Of a stretch of 64,000 bases of DNA, positions 28,204 through 37,143 are shown piece by piece. The translations under genes were made by a program, and so were the position numbers. The stretch's first letter is position 1, and every line of letters starts with the position of its first letter. Source of the stretch: Alphaproteobacteria bacterium (GTDB lineage Bacteria > Pseudomonadota > Alphaproteobacteria > Rs-D84); the NCBI GenBank assembly GCA_015062525.1, contig SUUM01000002.1, positions 82,964 to 146,963 of the forward strand. Reading direction: 5' to 3'. The notes under the pieces were generated by a model. The model saw nothing but the letters and a program-made list of their open reading frames with translations. It did no database searches and was not told the origin of the DNA.

Positions 28204-28755
28204 ATGTATAAAATATCTTATATCACAGACGGCTTGACAACGGAATTTGCATTCTCTTTTCCTTTTTTCCAGGTCGCAGATGTTCGCATTGCAATAAATG
28301 ATTCTGTTGGGGATGGTGCTTTTAATTACACTATTATGCCAAATGAAGATTTTTCTGGCGGAAATGTTGTTTTTGATATTGCGCCCCCCGCGGATACAAA
28401 ATTAGATATCTTTCGTCAAATATCGTTATCGCGCACAATTGATTACCAACCCACCCACAGAATAGACCCCGAAGATTTGAATACAGACTTTAACTTTCTG
28501 TTATCCGCGTTTCGGGATTTACATTCTGTGAACGTTGACCTGGTTGAATGGGCGAACATCCATGATGATATTAAATCGTTAATAAATTACACACACGATG
28601 TCATCAACGATAAATTGGGTGGTGGTGCAGTATTGGGGTTGTATCGGAATCTGGTTGGTGTATTGGAAAATGCGCTGCCTAAACTGATTAACGATTACGG
28701 TTCAATCACAGAACCCGCCCCGAATGAAAACCGCGATGATTACGGAATTTTATAG
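28204..28755 (+). CDS. Hypothetical phage protein upstream of terminase
   Basis: Context only. Confidence 0.35.
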   Translation: MYKISYITDGLTTEFAFSFPFFQVADVRIAINDSVGDGAFNYTIMPNEDFSGGNVVFDIAPPADTKLDIFRQISLSRTIDYQPTHRIDPEDLNTDFNFLLSAFRDLHSVNVDLVEWANIHDDIKSLINYTHDVINDKLGGGAVLGLYRNLVGVLENALPKLINDYGSITEPAPNENRDDYGIL

Positions 28756-29341
28756 TTTTTTAGATGAATGGAATCGTGTTCTGGGGTTGCAGACACCCGC
28801 GCATCACCGTCAAATTATGGAATTTTTATACGGTGTTTTGTGTGAAGCGCCACATCGTGGATTGTTGATGGCGTTTCGTCATTCGGGCAAATCAACGGTT
28901 GTTGGTGTGTTTGTGGCGTGTGTATTATACCTGCGTCCACAAACCAGAATTTTGATACTGTCTGCGGAATCGGGACTGGCATCGCGTATGGTATCGCACA
29001 TTCGGCATATATTGGAAAATCATCCGTGGTGTGCACATTTGGTACCACAAAATAAGAAAGAATGGGCATCCACCCGTATAACGGTTAATCGCCCAATCGG
29101 TATTCGCGAACCATCTGTTATTTGCCAGGGATTACATGGCAACATAACCGGTCTGCGTGCAGATATTATCATATGCGATGATGTGGAAGTTCCAAACACA
29201 TCCAACACCCCCCAGAAACGCGAACAAATGCGTGAACGTTTGCGGGAATTGGATTTCATCTTGTCCCCAAATGGGGCGATGATTTATATCGGCACGCCAC
29301 ACACGCACGATACAATATATCGAACCGCGGACGACGATTAA
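28724..29341 (+). CDS. Terminase large subunit, N-terminal ATPase fragment
   Basis: Walker A AFRHSGKST and Walker B IIICDDVE. Ends ...IYIGTPHT (motif III region), then a stop. Confidence 0.7.
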   Translation: MKTAMITEFYSFLDEWNRVLGLQTPAHHRQIMEFLYGVLCEAPHRGLLMAFRHSGKSTVVGVFVACVLYLRPQTRILILSAESGLASRMVSHIRHILENHPWCAHLVPQNKKEWASTRITVNRPIGIREPSVICQGLHGNITGLRADIIICDDVEVPNTSNTPQKREQMRERLRELDFILSPNGAMIYIGTPHTHDTIYRTADDD

Positions 29342-29979
29342 TTCATACTGCTGATAAATGTGCGCAGTTTTGCCAACAATTCCGCACCCGCATCACCAAA
29401 CATAGGCAAATAAGTTTCATATTCTGGCATATCGGCTTGCACTTGGGCACGCACACGTTCTGAAATCGGATTAGCAATAATTTCATTCGCCACATCCCAC
29501 AGTCTATAGGCATTATAGGTTTGTTTAACAATGTTCCATTTGTCTAATAGATTGGGTCGCGCATTTAATATTGCCCGAATGGAATTCTGCCATTCTTCGC
29601 CAAAGTTGCGTACCAGTTCCAATGACATAAACCTGTCCAGGCCTGCCTGATCTGGTGTAAATTCTTGCAGGGCATTTTCCAGTTCGCGCCATTGATTTGG
29701 GTTCAGTTTAATTGTTGCAACATCTTCGGCGGTCATCATTCCACCATATGGTAAAAGTTCTGAATCTATTGAATCCATAGCAGTTTTGCCACTGCGCAGG
29801 TTTTCAATATGTTGTACCAATAATTTACCCGTTGGCATGTCGCGCAGTTCCTTGATTACATCATCGGTTGCATCATTCACAAAAATTGGATTAACTGTTG
29901 CCCAACCGCCAATAATAACATGTTCTTGGCGATACAGGTTTAATAATCTTAATGCGATTGCGCTGGTTTTAACGTTCAT
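29338..29979 (-). CDS. Hypothetical protein (part of the opposite-strand insert module)
   Basis: 213-aa ORF; no motif recognised. Confidence 0.4.
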   Translation of the reverse strand: MNVKTSAIALRLLNLYRQEHVIIGGWATVNPIFVNDATDDVIKELRDMPTGKLLVQHIENLRSGKTAMDSIDSELLPYGGMMTAEDVATIKLNPNQWRELENALQEFTPDQAGLDRFMSLELVRNFGEEWQNSIRAILNARPNLLDKWNIVKQTYNAYRLWDVANEIIANPISERVRAQVQADMPEYETYLPMFGDAGAELLAKLRTFISSMN

Positions 29980-30003
29980 AGGTTCTCTCTCCGTCTGTGT
30001 GTG

Positions 30004-31017
30004 TTATTCCATAACAATCATAACAACCTTGTGCATGGTCTGGGCTGTGATTTTTTCATCAGGTGATGACATCTGACCATAAACTTTGCCCTTGGAATCC
30101 TGGCGTACACTGACGATTTGTGCGTTGATTGTTGTTTCATCATCCAATGCGTCAAAGTCTGTATCAATCGCCACCGCCAAATCACCAGGCTGTGCCGGGG
30201 TTGCAGAATCTGCAAACACATACGATTTTTCTGGTATAAAACCGCCCAAACGCTTGGAATTTGGTATAACCGCATAGATACCCGCGCGCCCCTCTAATGT
30301 CATGGGGGCGACAATCATAGTTTTGTCAGATTTTTTGAATGCGATTACTTTGCCCGCGGGTGTACCGAACACAGGCACCAGTTTTTTGCGTGCGCTGTCA
30401 TACAATTTTGCGCCATACAATCCGCCATGCATATCCATGCCCGACATTGGATTACCCGGCACCAGTACAGACTTAACACGTTCTTTGACCTTGCTGATAT
30501 GCTTGTTCAATTCGCCGGATTTATACAGGTTCGCGATTTTATCGAACAATTCTTCGGCACCCATTGCAAATGATTTTGCCAATGGTTCAATTTCATTTTG
30601 ATAAATTTCGCGTTGTCCAACCTCAATCTTATGATAAACGGACAGCGTCATACCGGCATCTTTGGCGGCCTGGGCGATTGTTTTGCCGGTTTGCTGACGA
30701 ATTTTACGCAGACCGCTGCCAAATACCTTCAGACCGCTGTTTTCATTGTCTGACATACGGCGTTTAATTTCGCTTTGCCATTGGTCTGCAACATCATCGG
30801 ATTCCTTGATGAAAATATCAGACAGTTTGCACCCCAGAATATTACAAATATTCAGCAACTGCTTCTGATTCAGGCGGCGCACACCCTTTTCAATCTTGGA
30901 AACAGCGGACAAAGACAACCCAGCACGACGTGCCAATTCGGTCATCTTCATACCATTCGCCAAACGAATGTTGCGTATATTATTTGGAAATATAATTTCT
31001 TCTTGGGCCATGGGCAA
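30004..31017 (-). CDS. CI/LexA-like repressor with two XRE-type HTH domains and an S24 peptidase-like C-terminus
   Basis: Two HTH_3-like segments (IRLANGMKMTELARRAGLSLSAVSKIEKG and LRKIRQQTGKTIAQAAKDAGMTLSVYHKIEVG). The C-terminal VPGNPMSGMD motif is GDSM-like, with downstream Lys residues. Confidence 0.6.
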   Translation of the reverse strand: MPMAQEEIIFPNNIRNIRLANGMKMTELARRAGLSLSAVSKIEKGVRRLNQKQLLNICNILGCKLSDIFIKESDDVADQWQSEIKRRMSDNENSGLKVFGSGLRKIRQQTGKTIAQAAKDAGMTLSVYHKIEVGQREIYQNEIEPLAKSFAMGAEELFDKIANLYKSGELNKHISKVKERVKSVLVPGNPMSGMDMHGGLYGAKLYDSARKKLVPVFGTPAGKVIAFKKSDKTMIVAPMTLEGRAGIYAVIPNSKRLGGFIPEKSYVFADSATPAQPGDLAVAIDTDFDALDDETTINAQIVSVRQDSKGKVYGQMSSPDEKITAQTMHKVVMIVME

Positions 31018-31088
31018 ACTCCTAAATGACTAATACTTGACAAAATAATAGTCAATTTAAGTCCCCCGCGCAAGCAAATAATTATAAA

Positions 31089-32654
31089 TTACAATGGCAT
31101 ATCATCTGGGATTGCGTCTGGGTCAATTGCGGTCGGCATAGAATCCGTATCATTTGCCAATTGCGCCGCCGTAATTGTTGGGGCGGGCTGTGCAAATTCA
31201 TTTTCGCCACGTGCCTCGAATTCATCCAGATTGTCGAACAAACTGTAATCGCCAAAGAATGCAGTACGCACGGTTTCGGGTCGTCCATGACGGTTTTTCC
31301 CGATAATGATATCGGCCTTGCCACGTGCGCGTTCCATTCTGCTTTGCCAAGATTCGCGCATTTTCTCGTTAACGTTATTTGATATGCGTTCGGACGGGTC
31401 GCGATTCTGCAAATAGTACTCTTCGCGGTACGTGAACATAACAATGTCCGCGTCCTGTTCAATGGAACCAGATTCACGCAAATCAGACAGCATTGGTCGC
31501 TTATCATCACGCGATTCCACGCTGCGCGACAACTGGGACAGGGCGATAACCGGCACATCCAATTCCTTGGCCAGCATTTTTAACCCTCGTGTAATTTCGG
31601 AAATTTCCTGAACACGGTTGTCATTGTGTTTTCCACCGGGCGACGTCATCAATTGCAAATAGTCGATAACAATCAACGCAATTCCACCATGTTTGCGCGC
31701 CAAACGTCGCGCACGCGTACGCATCATGGGTACCGACATACCCGGTGTATCATCAATAAACAACGGCACCTGACCAATTGCGGCGGAATACTGTGACATC
31801 TTCAAGAAATCTTCATCGGTCAGCGTCCCTTCGCGCATGGCGGTTGCGGGAATTTTTGATTGCGACGACAGTACACGCGCCGCCAATTGGGATGCCGACA
31901 TTTCAAGGCTAAAAAACACCACCGCGCCCTTGTAATTTTTATTTGCGCGACCAAAGGCGATTGCCTGGGCTGCATTGAATGCGATATTCATAGCCAACGT
32001 GGTTTTACCCATTGCCGGTCGTCCCGCGATAATAATCAGGTCCGAATGGTGTAATCCGCTGATTGATTTGTCCAACGCATTCAGCCCCGTTGTCAGACCG
32101 GACAATTGTCCATCTGCCTTGTATGCAATTTCCGCCTCGGCCAGGGCGCTTTGCAATGCATTTGAAATAGATGTAATTTCGCGTTCAGATGTTCCCGTTG
32201 TTGCCATATCGAACAACTTTTGTTCTGCGACCTCAATCTGACGCGCCACGGGGTTGTCTAAATCTTCTACAAATGCCTTGTCCGATATATCTTGGGCCAG
32301 GGCGATTAAATCACGGCGCAGTGCATGTTCATATACAATGCGTCCATATTGTTCAACATTAACAACGGTTGCGCCGGCGCTGGTCAATTGGCTTAAATAG
32401 TCCACGCCACCAACGGATTCCAGAACACCCTGTTGGTCCAGATAATTTTTCGCGGTAATAATATCAAACGGAATACCGGCGGCAAATTGTTTTTCCGCCA
32501 ACTTATAGATTTCCTGATGCGCAGGATGTGAAAAATGTTTGTAATTCAGGAATTCGCCAACCCGTTCCAACGCACGATTATTCATCAGCACTGCGGCCAA
32601 AACCGCCTGTTCTGCTTCCAGATTTGTTGGTAATGTTTTGGGGGTAAAATCCAT
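31089..32654 (-). CDS. DnaB-family replicative helicase
   Basis: N-terminal LEAEQAVLAAVLMN, Walker A GRPAMGKTTLAMNIA, DYLQLM, and a C-terminal acidic extension. Start placed at MDFTPKT; the ORF is open to 32864. Confidence 0.8.
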   Translation of the reverse strand: MDFTPKTLPTNLEAEQAVLAAVLMNNRALERVGEFLNYKHFSHPAHQEIYKLAEKQFAAGIPFDIITAKNYLDQQGVLESVGGVDYLSQLTSAGATVVNVEQYGRIVYEHALRRDLIALAQDISDKAFVEDLDNPVARQIEVAEQKLFDMATTGTSEREITSISNALQSALAEAEIAYKADGQLSGLTTGLNALDKSISGLHHSDLIIIAGRPAMGKTTLAMNIAFNAAQAIAFGRANKNYKGAVVFFSLEMSASQLAARVLSSQSKIPATAMREGTLTDEDFLKMSQYSAAIGQVPLFIDDTPGMSVPMMRTRARRLARKHGGIALIVIDYLQLMTSPGGKHNDNRVQEISEITRGLKMLAKELDVPVIALSQLSRSVESRDDKRPMLSDLRESGSIEQDADIVMFTYREEYYLQNRDPSERISNNVNEKMRESWQSRMERARGKADIIIGKNRHGRPETVRTAFFGDYSLFDNLDEFEARGENEFAQPAPTITAAQLANDTDSMPTAIDPDAIPDDMPL

Positions 32655-33522
32655 GTCAAATTCCTTTACTTCTATGCCAATGGTATATGAAAAAAATGCT
32701 TTTTCAACGCCTTTTTTGCGTGGGTATAAATTGCTGAAAATTCCGATAGTTAATGCAGCGGGCACCCCTGCGTGGCCCGAAGTTTTTCCCATTGCGCGCA
32801 TTGACCAATTGCGTGAAACGGTTGGCGCGCGCCACTTTTCATCGCAAATGATGTTGGAATGCACACCACTTGAACGTGCACGCCTGGACCCAGGTGGGGT
32901 TAAATTTTATGATGCCGAATTCGACACGCGCACCGCACATATTGGTGAATTTCACATAACGGGTATGACCCTGTATTGGGACCCTGCAACCGGTCGTCGC
33001 CATCGCGACGGCAGTGCCTGTGTATTATTATATCGTGATGATAAAAACCGCCATATTTTCATTCATGATATTTTATACCTGACCGTATCAGATGACGAAA
33101 TGTTCCCATTGTCGCGCCAGTGCGATATGGTCCTGGATTTTATGTGCGCGCGTTCTTTACATCGCATAACACTAGAAACTAATGGCCTGGGAATCGGGGT
33201 GCCTGAAATTATGCATGATTGTGCGACAAAACGTGGTGCAAACATTTATGTGAACAGAATCCAAAATCACAAATCAAAATCAGATCGTATTTTGAATGCA
33301 ATTGAACCGGCGCTATCAACGGGGCGGCTGCACGCGCACACGCGCGTACAAAACACACCCCTGATGGCGGAAATGTTGGGCTGGTCGCCGATTGGCGCGC
33401 CGGGCATTCACGATGACGGTCTGGACGCAGTCGCCGGCGCGATTGCAGACACGCCAACCCCCGTTCGCGCAATCGGCACCCAAATTCAAACATTCACCGC
33501 CAATACAAATTTCAAGATATAA
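32638..33522 (+). CDS. Terminase large subunit, C-terminal fragment (post-motif-III linker plus RNase-H-like nuclease)
   Basis: TPAWPEVFPIARIDQLRETVGARHFSSQMMLE matches the WPE.FP...L..R..(I/V)G...F..QY.Q.P element. Nuclease motifs YWDPATG...DGSA and GIHDDGLDA are present. Confidence 0.7.
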   Translation: MGVKSMSNSFTSMPMVYEKNAFSTPFLRGYKLLKIPIVNAAGTPAWPEVFPIARIDQLRETVGARHFSSQMMLECTPLERARLDPGGVKFYDAEFDTRTAHIGEFHITGMTLYWDPATGRRHRDGSACVLLYRDDKNRHIFIHDILYLTVSDDEMFPLSRQCDMVLDFMCARSLHRITLETNGLGIGVPEIMHDCATKRGANIYVNRIQNHKSKSDRILNAIEPALSTGRLHAHTRVQNTPLMAEMLGWSPIGAPGIHDDGLDAVAGAIADTPTPVRAIGTQIQTFTANTNFKI

Positions 33523-33539
33523 AACCAAAAGGAACCAAA

Positions 33540-34775
33540 ATGTATCAAAATTTACAAAATATGTATAAACGTGCATTGGATATGCGAGCACCATGGATTT
33601 CTCGCTGGGATGCGGCGCGCCGCTATGCCATGCCGTCGGCCGATGATGATGCGGCAACATTATTTGACGCAACCGCCATGGATGCATCGGATAATCTGGC
33701 GGCATCGATTTATACATTGCTGACACCGCCCGAATCAATGTGGTTGCAATTGGTGGGCGAAAGCGACTTGTCCCAGAACGCAGATTATGCCACATCTGTC
33801 TTGCGTGCGAATTTGAACGACTCAAATTTTTATACGACAATTCACCAATGTTATATGGATTTGGTCGTGTTGGGGACAGCGTGCCTGTTTATGTCAGAAA
33901 GCCCAATTGGCGCATCATCTGCATTTACATTCACGGCAATCCCAATGAACGATATTGCGATATTACCCAACGCGGTATTCCACACAACATCCATGTCCGC
34001 CCGTGAAGTCATGGAAAAATATCCCACATGGACACCACCGGCAAACCTGCGCGACACAATAAATCGCGACCCCGAAACCCCATTAAAATTGGTGCAAAGC
34101 CTGGTTGGCACAGATTTTGTAGCATGGTTGGACGTTGGTGGCGATATTGAAAATAATATTGTATCCACAGGCACATTTGAAACGAACCCATACATTATAT
34201 TCCGCTGGGCTGTGTCATCTGGTGAATTATATGGACGCGGTCCGGTCTTGCGCGCATTGCCAGACATTAAAACAGCGAACAAAGTCGTTGAACTGGTATT
34301 AAAGAACGCAACAATCGCGGTATCTGGCATCTGGATGGCGGACGATGATGGTGTTATAAATTTGCAGAACATAAACCTGACACCTGGCGCGATTATTCCC
34401 AAGGCTGTGGGTTCATCGGGCCTGACGCCGTTAACCAGTGGTGCGAACTTTGATGTGTCCCAGTTGATATTGCGCGACCTGCGCGAACGCATCCGCCATG
34501 CATTATTGGCGGACCGATTGGGACTGCTAAGTGAAAAAGAAATGACCGCCACAGAAATCATGGCGCGCAACGCCGACATGATGCGAATCTTGGGGGCGAC
34601 ATACGGTCGCCTGATGCATGAATTCATCCGTCCCCTGTGCGACCGCGGACTTCAGATACTTGCACGTCGCGGAATAATTGAACCAATCCGCCTGAACGGT
34701 GATGCAGAACTAAAATACATCGCGCCAATCGCACAAATGACGGCATTGGAAACTGTTATCGGGGGTAATTTATGA
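33540..34775 (+). CDS. Putative phage portal protein
   Basis: 411 aa; position immediately 3' of the terminase is the only call basis. Confidence 0.45.
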   Translation: MYQNLQNMYKRALDMRAPWISRWDAARRYAMPSADDDAATLFDATAMDASDNLAASIYTLLTPPESMWLQLVGESDLSQNADYATSVLRANLNDSNFYTTIHQCYMDLVVLGTACLFMSESPIGASSAFTFTAIPMNDIAILPNAVFHTTSMSAREVMEKYPTWTPPANLRDTINRDPETPLKLVQSLVGTDFVAWLDVGGDIENNIVSTGTFETNPYIIFRWAVSSGELYGRGPVLRALPDIKTANKVVELVLKNATIAVSGIWMADDDGVINLQNINLTPGAIIPKAVGSSGLTPLTSGANFDVSQLILRDLRERIRHALLADRLGLLSEKEMTATEIMARNADMMRILGATYGRLMHEFIRPLCDRGLQILARRGIIEPIRLNGDAELKYIAPIAQMTALETVIGGNL

Positions 34776-34975
34776 CAGATATATCATTAAACTACGCGCG
34801 TTGCTTTGGCGCGCCATCGGGTCGTGCGGTCTTGGAACACCTGCGCAAAATAACGATTGAACGCACATTGGGTCCCAACACATCGGACAACGAATTGCGC
34901 TGGGCCGAATCCCAGCGCGCCTTGGTTCGCCAAATCGAAGCACTTATTGCGCGGGGCAGGGGGGACAAATCATGA
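34772..34975 (+). CDS. Small hypothetical protein
   Basis: ATGA overlap with the portal gene. Confidence 0.3.
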   Translation: MTDISLNYARCFGAPSGRAVLEHLRKITIERTLGPNTSDNELRWAESQRALVRQIEALIARGRGDKS

Positions 34976-35208
34976 TAACATTGGACTTTCTGCGCAACAG
35001 TTGGTTTTTGATAGTGTTCATTGGTGGGTTGGTCTATTGGGCCGCCCGCCAAGATTTATCGGTTGCCGAACACGAAACATTTGACAGTCGCATAACATCA
35101 CTTGAAAATCGCACGACGATATTGGAAACAGGTATCGGCCAAATTCAGATAAAAATCGACGATATCAAAGAAGACCTGACACTAATCAAAGGCGCAGTTA
35201 TTAAATAA
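34972..35208 (+). CDS. Small membrane protein with a coiled-coil tail
   Basis: N-terminal TM (WFLIVFIGGLVYWAA). Confidence 0.35.
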   Translation: MITLDFLRNSWFLIVFIGGLVYWAARQDLSVAEHETFDSRITSLENRTTILETGIGQIQIKIDDIKEDLTLIKGAVIK

Positions 35209-35269
35209 TCCCCAAAATTCCCCTCCTGTGGAGGGGTGGCAATCTCGGCGTAGCGTAGCGAAGACGGAT

Positions 35270-35475
35270 GGCGGGGAGGATTCTTTATTTTTCTCAACAC
35301 AACGAAATTTTTCGTCGGAACTTTTCAAGCAATCAATCCCCTTCGCTGGCGAAGGGGTGCCCACAGGGCGGGGTAGTGGTAATATATTGCTATTAATACT
35401 CACCGCCCTTGGCGGGGAGGATTCTTTATTTTTCTCAACACAACGAAATTTTTCGTCGGAACTTTCAGACAATCA
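35270..35475. repeat. Two ~60-65-bp direct repeats (141-bp period) with intervening GC hairpins
   Basis: ggcggggaggattctttatttttctcaacacaacgaaatttttcgtcggaacttt occurs at 35270 and at 35411. The palindromes cccctcctgtggagggg and ccccttcgctggcgaagggg lie nearby. Confidence 0.7.
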
Positions 35476-35501
35476 GAAAACCGGCAAAAGGAATAATAAA
35501 C

Positions 35502-35978
35502 ATGCCTATTCAGATTCAGTTCCGACGCGGCTCATCCGCCGAACACGAAACATTTACCGGTGCGCCCGGCGAAATCACGGTTGACACCACAAATAACACG
35601 CTGCGCGTTCATGATGGCGAAACGCCCGGTGGCACCACACTTGCGAAACGCAGCGAAATCCCCGACCTGACGCCACTTGATTATATTGTAGAATCTGGTC
35701 GCACAGACACCATGTGGTGGCGCAAATACAAAAGTGGCGCTGTTGATATGGGCGGTCATTACACAGGTAATGCAACCACAATCACATTACCCGTAAAACT
35801 GGCAAATACGAATTATGAAGTCCTGATAACCAAGAACAGCGCCCCATCTTATTGGGCGACAACGCATATAACCCTTGGTTCGCGCAGTGCAGATAAATTT
35901 GTTGTTGCCGCATATGGCGACAGTGCCAGCATACGCATAGCATGGCAAATAACGAATGCCATTGCCGCCAGCGAATAA
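35502..35978 (+). CDS. Phage tail-fibre-like protein (conserved N-terminal IQ(F/L)RRG...GE...DT..L..GDG module)
   Basis: MPIQIQFRRGSSAEHETFTGAPGEITVDTTNNTLRVHDGETPGG; terminator at 35978-36004. Confidence 0.55.
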   Translation: MPIQIQFRRGSSAEHETFTGAPGEITVDTTNNTLRVHDGETPGGTTLAKRSEIPDLTPLDYIVESGRTDTMWWRKYKSGAVDMGGHYTGNATTITLPVKLANTNYEVLITKNSAPSYWATTHITLGSRSADKFVVAAYGDSASIRIAWQITNAIAASE

Positions 35979-36003
35979 AAAAACCGGGTCCCCCCGGTTT
36001 TTA

Positions 36004-37143
36004 TTAGAATTTAAGATGCTTCAGATGTCGGAACAACCGTTGAAAACTAGATTCATGTTTCTTTGATTTATAGTTATACAAGTCATTAACATGTTGTGCG
36101 GAATAATTTATAACAAATTCGCAATAATCAAACATCAGGCGGTTTGAATTTTCTTCTGAGACATGTTTTACAGGTGTCATATTATCCAGAATATTCAAAA
36201 CTTCATTTATCTTTGTGGATAATTTATATCGTTGTTCTGCAATACGCTTTAATTCATCAGATTGTTCTAATGTCGTATTGTATTGCGACACAATTTCATC
36301 CGCAATTTGTTCTGCTGTTTTCTTGGTAAAGAAATTTCGGCCCGAAAAATTTGCACTTTCTTCAACTAAGACATTTTCAGGTGTGATATATCCGCTACCA
36401 CCAAATCGGTCATAATTATATACGGGGATTCCCATTGCCATGGCGTACTGTACTGTTTTACCAATAGACACAACCACATCGTGTCTTGCAAGTACATCTG
36501 GCACAATATCAACTGGATTTTTACCACCATAAACAATAGTATCGTAACCCTGATTTTCCAGTATTTGTAATGCGGCACTTAATTCACAAGGAATATGGTT
36601 TGATATAACAGCGATACTTTTTAGCGGGCGCGAATAATCATGTTTATAATCAAAAAAATAATCTGGCGCAGTATTTGGCAACACATGAATAATATCACCA
36701 TCAATATCATATTCGTTTATGAACATGTTTTTAGTTTTTGGGGTTAAAGTTAAAAATAAATCCACAGACTTTGTAAAGAACAACGGTTTGTCAATTGGTA
36801 AAATTTTACTGATACAAGAGTTTATCAATCTGTCATATTGCAAACCTCTGCGAATCAAGTATGGCAATATGGGCCAATGGTGTGCCCAAACAATGTCGAT
36901 ATGTATATCTGTTGGAAAATCAAAAACGTTGAATAATTTTACATTATTTCTGGCAAAGAATTGTTTTGTTGATTCATTGGTAAGTGCGCCAACACAAAAC
37001 ACATTATACCCCAAAGAGTGTAAATAGTTCCCGATTTCTGCCGTATATTTTACACCCCCATGCAAACCATCGGCATAGAAAATAGTAATCAGAACGTTTT
37101 TCACGATTTTATCCTCTTTTGGTATTGTATAAATTTTGTACAA
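36004..37143 (-). CDS. Putative glycosyltransferase (GT-B-like), hypothetical
   Basis: 379-aa ORF in an operon with GT4 and GT2 genes; weak GT-B-like C-terminal pattern. Confidence 0.4.
   Translation of the reverse strand: MYKIYTIPKEDKIVKNVLITIFYADGLHGGVKYTAEIGNYLHSLGYNVFCVGALTNESTKQFFARNNVKLFNVFDFPTDIHIDIVWAHHWPILPYLIRRGLQYDRLINSCISKILPIDKPLFFTKSVDLFLTLTPKTKNMFINEYDIDGDIIHVLPNTAPDYFFDYKHDYSRPLKSIAVISNHIPCELSAALQILENQGYDTIVYGGKNPVDIVPDVLARHDVVVSIGKTVQYAMAMGIPVYNYDRFGGSGYITPENVLVEESANFSGRNFFTKKTAEQIADEIVSQYNTTLEQSDELKRIAEQRYKLSTKINEVLNILDNMTPVKHVSEENSNRLMFDYCEFVINYSAQHVNDLYNYKSKKHESSFQRLFRHLKHLKF

Noticed and set aside
31082-31558. 158-aa ORF antisense-overlapping the 3' end of dnaB, together with other small antisense ORFs (31161-31382, 31860-32054, 31975-32241)
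   Set aside because: They lie fully within the well-supported DnaB coding region on the same or opposite strand, with no independent signals.
29342-32653. Single inversion as the explanation for the split terminase
   Set aside because: Both terminase halves are already on the same strand and in N-then-C order. No single inversion of any contiguous segment restores an uninterrupted gene, so an insertion (or a two-piece gene) is required.
35270-35475. Possible CRISPR array (also considered for 17960-18200 and 23790-24110)
   Set aside because: Only two long copies, or irregular short repeats, with no uniform spacer-repeat periodicity and no cas genes. The 42-nt array at 23790-24110 is coding and in frame.
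35228-35584. 118-aa ORF spanning the direct repeats upstream of the tail-fibre gene
   Set aside because: Its internally duplicated peptide merely reflects translation of the DNA repeat and its palindromes. It overlaps the start of the real tail-fibre ORF out of frame.
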